The notes beneath the pieces were generated by a model. It saw only the letters and a program-made list of their open reading frames with translations, did not search any database and was not told where the DNA came from. The position numbers and the translations under genes are program-made. Below are positions 25,145-35,363 of a stretch of DNA of 46,371 bases, in pieces. This DNA comes from an uncultured bacterium. Its GTDB lineage: Bacteria; Cyanobacteriota; Vampirovibrionia; Gastranaerophilales; Gastranaerophilaceae. Within the stretch, counting starts at the first letter, position 1. Each line of letters opens with the position of its first letter. The stretch is from positions 1 through 46,371 of the forward strand of contig CADBQQ010000053.1 in assembly GCA_902796825.1 (NCBI GenBank). Direction: 5' to 3'.

Positions 25145-26104
25145 TTATCTGTTCAAGAAACAAGCACTCTGATGTTCATAAGCAATATTACGCAAATCAG
25201 GAACTTCTTTTCGGCAAATATCCATACAAAATTCACATCTTGGATTGAACCTGCAGCCGGTAATAATTTTAGATAATGCTGGCGGCTGACCTTTTATTGT
25301 CTTAAGTTCTTGTGTTCTATTTGATGGAATAGAATTTAAAAGCGCCTGAGAGTATGGATGATTTGTATTATTGAAGAATTCATAGCTTGATGCGTGTTCA
25401 ACAATTCTGCCTGCATACATCACCGCTATTTCATCAGCGTTTTCATTAACAAGAGCAAGATCATGAGTAATCAACAAAATCGATGTTCCATTATTTATTT
25501 TAATATCTTCCAATAAATTCATAATTTGCGCTTGAATAGTAACATCCAGTGCTGTAGTCGGCTCATCTGCAATTAAAACTTCAGCGTTACAAGCCAGCGC
25601 CATTGCAATAATCGCTCTTTGTTTCATTCCGCCTGAAAATTCATGCGGATAATTTGCCAAGCGTGATTTTGCAGCAGGAATTTTTACCGCGTCAAATGCT
25701 TCTATGGCTTTTTTTTCAGCAGCTTCTCCGCTCAATCCCTGATGTATCTTTATAATCTCTAATAATTGGTCTCCCACTGTATAAAGAGGGTTTAAAGATG
25801 TCATTGGATCTTGCGGAATAAGAGCAATTTTGCGCCCGCGAATATTTTGCATTTCTTTTTGCGATTTTAATAATAAATTTTCACCGTTAAAAAGGATTTC
25901 GCCGGACATTATTTTTGCAGTTTTCGGAATAAGGCCGAGAATACTCATAGCGCTCATTGTTTTTCCGCACCCTGACTCGCCGACTAAAGCGAGCATTTTC
26001 CCGCGTTTGAGCGAAAACGAAACATCAAATAACGCTTGATAAAACTCATCCTCTGATCTAAAACCGAGATTTAAATTTTTAACGCACAGCAAAGTTTCGC
26101 TCAT
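25145..26104 (-). CDS. Oligopeptide/dipeptide-type ABC transporter ATP-binding protein (OppD/DppD-like), with no adjacent permease or binding protein
   Basis: Walker A GESGCGKT, signature FSGGMKQR, Walker B LIADEPTTALD, and the Cys-rich Opp C-terminal extension GCRFNPRCEFCMDIC. Confidence 0.88.
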   Translation of the reverse strand: MSETLLCVKNLNLGFRSEDEFYQALFDVSFSLKRGKMLALVGESGCGKTMSAMSILGLIPKTAKIMSGEILFNGENLLLKSQKEMQNIRGRKIALIPQDPMTSLNPLYTVGDQLLEIIKIHQGLSGEAAEKKAIEAFDAVKIPAAKSRLANYPHEFSGGMKQRAIIAMALACNAEVLIADEPTTALDVTIQAQIMNLLEDIKINNGTSILLITHDLALVNENADEIAVMYAGRIVEHASSYEFFNNTNHPYSQALLNSIPSNRTQELKTIKGQPPALSKIITGCRFNPRCEFCMDICRKEVPDLRNIAYEHQSACFLNR

Positions 26105-26195
26105 AATTAAAGTTTATAATACTTACGAGCGAAAATCAATTATTCAAAAGATTAAATATCTATAAATTTAATTTTTAAGTTAGTCCGAAAACTAC

Positions 26196-26224
26196 TTGAC
26201 AAATTGTAGTGAAAACACTACAAT
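26196..26224 (+). promoter_or_regulatory. Consensus promoter TTGACA-N17-TACAAT with an embedded 8-bp inverted repeat TTGTAGTG-aaaa-CACTACAA (putative HigA/HigBA operator). The ATG lies 6 nt after the -10, so the mRNA would be leaderless.
   Basis: Read directly. The inverted repeat spans 26204-26223. Confidence 0.65.
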
Positions 26225-26230
26225 GCAACC

Positions 26231-26559
26231 ATGAAAGAAATAAAATTCTATAGCCTGCCAAATGGGAAAGAACCTGTTAAAGAATGGCTGTTGAATTTGG
26301 ACAATTCAATACATTAAAGATTATCCGGCGAATTGAACGAATTTATGATGACAACTTTGGAGATTTTAAACAGCTTGATTCTAATTTATACGAATTAAGA
26401 TTTAAAATTGGTAAAGGATATAGAATTTATTACACAATACAAAATAGTGCAGTGGTTTTACTGTTAAATGCAGGCGATAAATCAAAACAAGCAAGTGATA
26501 TTGAGCTTGCAAAATCGTATATAAAAAATTTAAGGGAAAACGAAAATGACAGATTTTAA
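26231..26559 (+). pseudogene. higB: HigB-like RelE/ParE-family toxin (addiction module killer) split by a 1-nt frameshift
   Basis: Frame 1 reads MKEIKFYSLPNGKEPVKEWLLNLDNSIH then stops at 26315. Translation continues in another frame as LKIIRRIERIYDDNFGDFKQL...GYRIYY. One extra T in CATTAAAG would restore a canonical toxin. Confidence 0.75.
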
Positions 26560-26833
26560 TGATTTTGTAATAGAACAGCTTAAAGATGTTGAATTTCAAA
26601 AAGAATATATGAACGATTCACTTGAACAATATGTGAATGATGGTGATTTTAATGCTTTTTTTCATTCACTGGAAATGGTAATAAAGTCACGCGATAGCAT
26701 TTCAGGCTTCTGTGAAAAAGCCGGTATTGATAGGGCTATGCTTTATGATATTTTTGCGGGGAAAAGAGTTCCGCGTGTTGATACACTCGCAAAAATTCTC
26801 AAAACGCTGGGTTACAACCTGAAAGTCGCATAG
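26546..26833 (+). CDS. higA: HigA-like antitoxin (addiction module antidote, HTH)
   Basis: The sequence ends ...SISGFCEKAGIDRAMLYDIFAGKRVPRVDTLAKILKTLGYNL. It overlaps the end of the toxin gene by 14 nt. Confidence 0.85.
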   Translation: MTDFNDFVIEQLKDVEFQKEYMNDSLEQYVNDGDFNAFFHSLEMVIKSRDSISGFCEKAGIDRAMLYDIFAGKRVPRVDTLAKILKTLGYNLKVA

Positions 26834-26848
26834 AACGAATTCAATATA

Positions 26849-28318
26849 CTATTTTACAATTTCTTTAATATCGGGGCTTGATTTTACATACGCATCAAGT
26901 TGTTTTGCAGCCTGTTTATAAGAGTTAATAGTGCTTGAACCGCCGATACAGCCTCCCGGACAAGCCATAACTTCAATCAGGTTGCCTAATTCACATTTAC
27001 CGTTTTTAGCAAATTTTTTCAAATCGCGAATTCCTGCTTTATCAAGTCCATTAATTACATAAGCATTTGCTTTTTCATTTTCGTCAAGTAAAGAATTAAC
27101 TGCAGCCGCAACTCCACCTGTTATAGCAAAATTTCTTGCCTGAGCAGATGAGTCTTGTGAATATTCTGCTTCGTCGCATTCTGCAACCTGAACATGAAGC
27201 GCGACAAACCAAGCTCCCAGTTCCTCAAAATTCAAAACATAATCAATATTAGGGTTTTGCATAGCTTCGCGGCGTTTTGCAACGCAAGGGCTGAAAAATA
27301 CTGTAATAGCTTCGGGTTGTTCTTTCTTAACTATTTCAGCAGTATAATATGCAGGAGTACCTGTTGATGAGCGATAAGGTTTAATTTCAGGAATATGTTT
27401 TTCTACAAGCTCATTATATGCAGCACAGCAAGATGTTGTCATAAACGGAGCACCGCCCTCGATTACTCTTTCTTTAAATTCGTCAGATTCTTTTTTAGTT
27501 GTGACATCTGCTCCGACGGCTACTTCTATAACATCTGAAAAACCTATTTGTAATATAGCTTGTTTTAGTTGTTTTGGAGTGCAAGGAAGTTGTGCCATAA
27601 TTGACGGAGCAACCATTGCAATAACTTTTTCTCCTGCTTTTATATGTTTAATAATATCAATTACCTGACTTTTTTTATGAACTGCGCCAAACGGGCAAGC
27701 AGAAACGCATTTTCCGCAAGAAATACATTTTTCATGGTCAATTTTTGTCAAACCGTCTTCGTCTTTTGCGATTGCGCCTACAGGGCAAGCGTTTTCACAA
27801 GGTACAATAATTTTGGTAATTGCTTGAAACGGGCATACTTGAGCGCACATCCCGCAATTTTTACATTTTTCATGGTCTATTCTTGATTTACCGTCGACAA
27901 CTTTAATTGCGCCAAATCGGCATGCGCTTTCACAAGGTCTTGCTACGCAGCCCTGACATAAATCAGTTACGTGAATTCTTGCCGGTACACATTCGTTGCA
28001 AGCGGTTTGTAATAGTGTCAAAGGATGTTCTTCCGGCTGTTCTCTTTTAACAGCTTTTGCAGCTAAGTCAGAGAGTAATTCGCTATCTTGTGCTTCTTCA
28101 ATGTCAAAACCTAAACCGGCAATTACACGATCCCGCAAAATAGCACGTTCTTTATGAATACAGCATCTGAAAGGAACTTCGCTTCCTTTAGGGCGCATTT
28201 CAAACGGGATTAATCTGACATCTTCTTCAAAATTATCTCCAAGATATGCTCTTATAAGTCTTACTAAAATTTCTCTTTTTAAATGAGAAGTTTGTTTATT
28301 CGGGGTATTTATTGACAT
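26849..28318 (-). CDS. hydA: [FeFe]-hydrogenase catalytic subunit, HydA-like, with N-terminal 4Fe-4S ferredoxin domains
   Basis: H-cluster motifs TTSCCAAY, FFSPCVAKRRE and EVMACPGGCIGG. Ferredoxin motifs CKNCGMCAQVCP and CISCGKCVSACP. Confidence 0.88.
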   Translation of the reverse strand: MSINTPNKQTSHLKREILVRLIRAYLGDNFEEDVRLIPFEMRPKGSEVPFRCCIHKERAILRDRVIAGLGFDIEEAQDSELLSDLAAKAVKREQPEEHPLTLLQTACNECVPARIHVTDLCQGCVARPCESACRFGAIKVVDGKSRIDHEKCKNCGMCAQVCPFQAITKIIVPCENACPVGAIAKDEDGLTKIDHEKCISCGKCVSACPFGAVHKKSQVIDIIKHIKAGEKVIAMVAPSIMAQLPCTPKQLKQAILQIGFSDVIEVAVGADVTTKKESDEFKERVIEGGAPFMTTSCCAAYNELVEKHIPEIKPYRSSTGTPAYYTAEIVKKEQPEAITVFFSPCVAKRREAMQNPNIDYVLNFEELGAWFVALHVQVAECDEAEYSQDSSAQARNFAITGGVAAAVNSLLDENEKANAYVINGLDKAGIRDLKKFAKNGKCELGNLIEVMACPGGCIGGSSTINSYKQAAKQLDAYVKSSPDIKEIVK

Positions 28319-28376
28319 AATTTTATCCTTCTTGCTATTCTTTTGTACTTAATTAAATTATCGCACAAAAATAAAA

Positions 28377-28400
28377 AGGTGCAATTCCTGCACCTTTTTT
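28377..28400 (-). terminator. Intrinsic terminator between the 2Fe-2S ferredoxin gene and hydA
   Basis: AGGTGCA-attcc-TGCACCT flanked by A5 and T5 runs. In minus sense it is followed by TTTTTATTTTT. Confidence 0.7.
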
Positions 28401-28402
28401 AT

Positions 28403-28660
28403 TTATTTACCAAGTTTTTTATCTATTGCTGTCAGAACTTTTTCAACGGTTGCCTCTTTTATAACCTCGTCATCAACTTTCACATAAGGAGCCTTTGAAA
28501 ATTCCCAATCTATTGAGCATAACCCCAAACACGGAGAGCCTGCAACATCTACCTGATCGCCGTATTTTCTGGGAACAAGTTCAATTAATTCCTGCAAATT
28601 TGCTGAACCCATTACGAAACAAGTTGTTCCCAAACATACTTTTACATTAACTTTTGCCAT
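28403..28660 (-). CDS. Thioredoxin-like [2Fe-2S] ferredoxin (NuoE/HndA-like small protein)
   Basis: CLGTTCF...SPCLGLC four-Cys pattern. AGGAG SD. Confidence 0.75.
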   Translation of the reverse strand: MAKVNVKVCLGTTCFVMGSANLQELIELVPRKYGDQVDVAGSPCLGLCSIDWEFSKAPYVKVDDEVIKEATVEKVLTAIDKKLGK

Positions 28661-28672
28661 TTTCTTTAACTC

Positions 28673-29836
28673 CTACATATACTGTACACTAACTTTTTTA
28701 TAATATTTGTCCTGTAAGACAGATTTCATTTTTTTGATAATATTTTTTCTAATTTCAATCTCAATCGGTAAAGACGGATTGTAATGAGCTTGATTAAGTT
28801 TTGCACCTACCATAAAATAGATACAGTCACTATTCAATAAGAATTCTACCAGCTTTCCGGCTGCGTTGTCAATATCCCACTGACCGTTTTCGAGATATTC
28901 TAATGTTTGGGTAAGTGTCAAAATACCTTCTGTCACAAGATCTACACCTTCCATGTATGAACAGCTCGGAAGTTTTCCTATACTGATAGTTTTGTCCATT
29001 GTAATCGGAATATTTAACTCTCTTGATACAAGGTTTGCGGTTGTTCCGCCGCAGATAGCTTTTTTACCTTTAAAATCTTTGAATATTTGAACATATTCAG
29101 GATCTTTATTCTGCAAGAAAGGCGGTCCTGTAAACACAAGAGATTTGCGAGGTTCGCGGCAATACAATACAACTGCGGACATGTCATCTTTCGGGTTACG
29201 GTCTTTTTCAATGTTTTTTGCCTGACGAACAATGTAATGCGACAAATCACTGCTTGAAATTTCAGGTTCTTCTTTCAATTTTGTTAAAATAATTTTTATT
29301 AAGCCGTCACGGCGCAAACCTAATTTTAATGTTTCGTTCCCGAGCCCGCACTGAGTAATTCCGTCAGAACAAAAGATTAATCTGTCCCCTAATTCAAGAT
29401 TAATTCTATAACTTTTCATGCAACGGTTTTTATGAGTTTTAGATGGGATTAAATCACATTCCGGAGTCATTACTTCGCCATTTTTTATCCAGATAAAATC
29501 AGGATTTCCCTCCTCAACAATTTTTGCATGCCCATCATCATTTATATCAATTATTGAAAAAGTTGAATAGCTGATTTTTCTAACTTGACAAACAGGCAAA
29601 GAATTCATAACTATTTCCGCCGCATCTTTTATCGGAATTTGGTCTCCCTCAACAAAGCGCAAAAGCATAGTGGCTGTCATACAAGATAGAATGTTTGCTT
29701 TTATACCTGAGCCCAAACCGTCAGATAAAACTGCCACAAGCCTTTCTTCGTCAGGATAACGCTTGGAAACAAAATAATCTCCATAAGCATTCTGGTTGTA
29801 TTTTTTTATTTGATTACAATCAATATCGATGAACAT
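28673..29836 (-). CDS. PP2C/SpoIIE-family Ser/Thr phosphatase with an uncharacterised C-terminal domain
   Basis: GDYF...VAVLSDGLGSGIKANILS...FCSDGI are typical SpoIIE-like phosphatase motifs. No SD is visible, and a repeat element abuts the start. Confidence 0.7.
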   Translation of the reverse strand: MFIDIDCNQIKKYNQNAYGDYFVSKRYPDEERLVAVLSDGLGSGIKANILSCMTATMLLRFVEGDQIPIKDAAEIVMNSLPVCQVRKISYSTFSIIDINDDGHAKIVEEGNPDFIWIKNGEVMTPECDLIPSKTHKNRCMKSYRINLELGDRLIFCSDGITQCGLGNETLKLGLRRDGLIKIILTKLKEEPEISSSDLSHYIVRQAKNIEKDRNPKDDMSAVVLYCREPRKSLVFTGPPFLQNKDPEYVQIFKDFKGKKAICGGTTANLVSRELNIPITMDKTISIGKLPSCSYMEGVDLVTEGILTLTQTLEYLENGQWDIDNAAGKLVEFLLNSDCIYFMVGAKLNQAHYNPSLPIEIEIRKNIIKKMKSVLQDKYYKKVSVQYM

Positions 29837-29843
29837 AAATACT

Positions 29844-29950
29844 ATGGTGATTAAGTGACTAAGTGATTAAGTTAATAAGTACTTAAAAAAAATATTAATA
29901 AATGAAATGTACTTATTCACCTATTCACTTATTCACTTAATCACTTTATA
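29844..29950. repeat. TAAGT-core octamer inverted-repeat element (GA variant) inside the hydrogenase operon
   Basis: Left arm ATGGTGAT TAAGTGAC TAAGTGAT TAAGTTAA TAAGTACT at 29844-29883. Right arm ACTTATTC ACCTATTC ACTTATTC ACTTAATC ACTTTATA at 29911-29950. The hydS stop (29941-29943) lies inside the right arm. Confidence 0.85.
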
Positions 29951-31656
29951 CCCTCCTTATCATCATAATCATTTGCAATTGAATTCAGAAGTGTTTCTGT
30001 TTCAACCATGTGTTCTCCTAAAAGACAGGCAATCTCTTGAACAATTGAAATGTTTTTGGAAATAACTTCGCGTGCTTTTTCCGAGATTTTTTCACGTGTA
30101 GTTTCTGTTTGAGTAACATCAGTGATTACGGCTCCGACAATTTCGTTTTCTTCAATTGTAAAAGCATTTATATCATAAAGTCTGTCTTTTATTGCGTAAT
30201 GTTCTTTATGCAGATCTTTTCCTGTTTTTAAAATAGTTGCAAAAATTTCGGGGAAATCTACTATTCTATCGATTGCAGCCCCTGTCATTCCGTCAGGGCG
30301 AGACTTGAACATTTCATACATATCGCCTGCAAACATCTTCATAAAGCTGTCATTAGCTTCAAGTATGTTCATATTGTTATCTACCATAACGATAGCTGAT
30401 GGCATACAACGCAACATTGCAGCAGCTTTTCTCATTGCAATTTTTCTCATATATGATACGCACATAGATGTTTCTGCTACACCATCAAGTAAAGCAACCG
30501 CAAGTTCCCTGCATGATGAATATCCGCAACCGCCGCAGTTTAATTCATCTTCCTCACTATGTTTGCCTATTTTTTTTAATGTTGCTTGAATTTCTTCCAG
30601 TGAATATCTTGAATTAGAAACTGCTTTCGGGGAATAATCACATTCTACAACCGTTTGAGCTTTTTTAGGAATTTCGTTTCTTACTTTCAATTTAAACATT
30701 ACGTCTGAAATCGAACTGATACTTGCTTTGTTTGAAGCAATGCAAGGACCGGTTATACACCCGGATTCACACGCAAGAGCTTCAACAAACACAGGAACTT
30801 CAAGTTTGTCAGGCTCAAGGTTATCTATAGCTTTTTCTAAAGCAGGAATTGTACAAATTTCCATTAGTTGAACTTTTGAATTAACACCTGTTTTGCGGAT
30901 AGTTTCATTCATACCGCCGTTAATCGGGTAAAGAGTTCCTTCATGTGCGCTGTATGGAACAAATTCATAATCATTTTCTTTTTTTATTTGTGAAATGTCT
31001 CCGATTTCATCTGCAATCCAGAATTTCAATTCTTCAAATGTAATAGAAACATCGATAAGTCCATCGTTTTCATCGGCTTCATTTTTCTTACCGATACAAG
31101 GTCCTATAAAAACAACGGCAATATCATTACCGTAAATGTTTTTAAGCATTCGGGCATGTGTTTTTGCAGGCGAGCCGATAGGAGTTATATATTTTGCAAA
31201 CTGCGGTTTATAAAGTCTTATATAATCTACAACAACAGGGCATGCGCTGGAAATTAATAAGCCTTTATCCATATTATTCAAAACTTCAGCATCATGAATA
31301 GAGACTTCTTGTGCGCCAAGTGCAGTTTCTGAAACCTCTTTAAATCCTAATTTTTTGAGGATAGCAATCATTTTTTTTGCAGAATTTTCAAAAACCGCTC
31401 TCCAAGATGGTGCCAGTGAAACATAAACATCTTTTTTTGCAATAAACAAATTTTTGACTTTTTCCAAATCTGTACGAACACACTTGGCATTTGTTGGGCA
31501 TACCTGAACGCAATGACCGCAGGAAATACATTTTTCTGCAATAACTGAAGCGTGGTCATTTTCTATTTTTATGGCTTTTACCGGACAGTGACGAACACAT
31601 TTGTAGCAGTCTTTGCATTCGTTTGTCAAAGTATAAACCGGATGCTGATTATTCAT
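29941..31656 (-). CDS. hydS: Sensory [FeFe]-hydrogenase (HydS-like, group C type) with a C-terminal PAS domain
   Basis: Two 4Fe-4S motifs (CKDCYKCVRHCP, CISCGHCVQVCP). The H-domain motifs are modified: ISSACP (proton-relay Cys replaced by Ala), GPCIGKK and ALACESGCITGPC. There is an extra Cys cluster CGGCGYSSC, then a PAS-like segment SAIVMVDNNMNILEANDSF. Confidence 0.82.
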   Translation of the reverse strand: MNNQHPVYTLTNECKDCYKCVRHCPVKAIKIENDHASVIAEKCISCGHCVQVCPTNAKCVRTDLEKVKNLFIAKKDVYVSLAPSWRAVFENSAKKMIAILKKLGFKEVSETALGAQEVSIHDAEVLNNMDKGLLISSACPVVVDYIRLYKPQFAKYITPIGSPAKTHARMLKNIYGNDIAVVFIGPCIGKKNEADENDGLIDVSITFEELKFWIADEIGDISQIKKENDYEFVPYSAHEGTLYPINGGMNETIRKTGVNSKVQLMEICTIPALEKAIDNLEPDKLEVPVFVEALACESGCITGPCIASNKASISSISDVMFKLKVRNEIPKKAQTVVECDYSPKAVSNSRYSLEEIQATLKKIGKHSEEDELNCGGCGYSSCRELAVALLDGVAETSMCVSYMRKIAMRKAAAMLRCMPSAIVMVDNNMNILEANDSFMKMFAGDMYEMFKSRPDGMTGAAIDRIVDFPEIFATILKTGKDLHKEHYAIKDRLYDINAFTIEENEIVGAVITDVTQTETTREKISEKAREVISKNISIVQEIACLLGEHMVETETLLNSIANDYDDKEGIK

Positions 31657-31689
31657 AATTCTTAACCCCTGTACACTAAAACTTAATTA

Positions 31690-31929
31690 TCATTTTAAAC
31701 TTTCAAGAATATTTTTCAACTTTTCTTCATCTACTTCGTCAAAAGATTTGTCATCAATACAAACATGAGGACCGTTTTCGCATTTATTTTCACAATGCGA
31801 ACCGACAAGTTCGACATTTATATCCAAATTGTTTTCTTTTATATAATTTTCAAGAAAATTCAAGTTATTCATATTCCCGCGCGCGAAACAGGAGCTTCCC
31901 ATACATATTTTTATACAATGTTTATTCAT
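31690..31929 (-). CDS. Thioredoxin-like [2Fe-2S] ferredoxin
   Basis: CMGSSCF...SHCENKC Cys pattern. AGAGGA SD. First gene of the cluster. Confidence 0.72.
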   Translation of the reverse strand: MNKHCIKICMGSSCFARGNMNNLNFLENYIKENNLDINVELVGSHCENKCENGPHVCIDDKSFDEVDEEKLKNILESLK

Positions 31930-32194
31930 ACTATCCTCTTATATTCAATAATATAATTGTATAATATAAAACATATAAGGCAATACCTAAAAAAGGAAAG
32001 CTCCGCACTGTACAGTTCGGAGCAATGATATCGAGTTATGCTAATTCCCGAGCTGGAGCTTGGAATTAGTCATGTTGTAATTTTATTATAGTACATTTTT
32101 GCCTGATTTTCAAGTATTTAGACATTAGTGTACTGTCAAACCGGACAAAATTATACTAAAATTTACCAAATAGTATTAATAAGGGTAATAAATT

Positions 32195-32521
32195 TTGTTT
32201 GATGATATCGACAGAAAGTCAATAGGTGCCGAAATCAGGAAAGCTCGTAAGGTCTTAAAATTGTCTCAATTTGAGCTTGCCGAGATGACCGGTATAGATG
32301 AAAAACAAATTTATAGAATAGAGTCAGGTCTTTCCAGTCCAAAGCTTGAAAACTTTTTAAAAATAGCAAAAGCCCTTAATCTTGATATAAAATATTTTAA
32401 TTTTGTAAATTTAAAAAATTCTCCTTATATGAAAGAGACAATGGAATTGTTAACGACAATGCCTGATGATAAGATTAAAATATGTTATGGAGTTATAAAA
32501 AGCCTGAGTGAAAATTTGTAA
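32195..32521 (+). CDS. XRE-family HTH regulator (108 aa)
   Basis: IRKARKVLKLSQFELAEMTGIDEKQIYRIESG. The start is TTG with AAGGG 9 nt upstream. It is divergent from the hydrogenase cluster. Confidence 0.78.
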   Translation: MFDDIDRKSIGAEIRKARKVLKLSQFELAEMTGIDEKQIYRIESGLSSPKLENFLKIAKALNLDIKYFNFVNLKNSPYMKETMELLTTMPDDKIKICYGVIKSLSENL

Positions 32522-32617
32522 AACTTAATTTTCTTGTAAAGTTTATCTTAACCTAAGGTAAAGAATTTGGCATAAATGGAGTGTTTGTGATAGACTATTT
32601 ATATAATCCGATAATAG

Positions 32618-35209
<2,592 letters not shown>

Positions 35210-35212
35210 CAT

Positions 35213-35341
35213 CTTGTAAGTTGGGCATACTTGCCAGGCAGAACATATCGTAAGTTGGGCTTTCAGCCCAACCAAACAAAGAATAGGTGACAAATTGTAA
35301 GTTGGGCTTTTAGCCCAACAATGCAAAGAATGGATAACAAG
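35213..35341. repeat. Three copies of TGTAAGTTGGGC; copies 2 and 3 form ~47-bp tandem units, each with a perfect hairpin GTTGGGCT-ttY-AGCCCAAC
   Basis: Copies start at 35216, 35250 and 35297. The spacers share CAAAGAATGG. The element shares the TAAGT core and GAATAGGTGA with the octamer elements. Confidence 0.85.
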
Positions 35342-35363
35342 GAGATTCTGAAACAAGTTCAGA

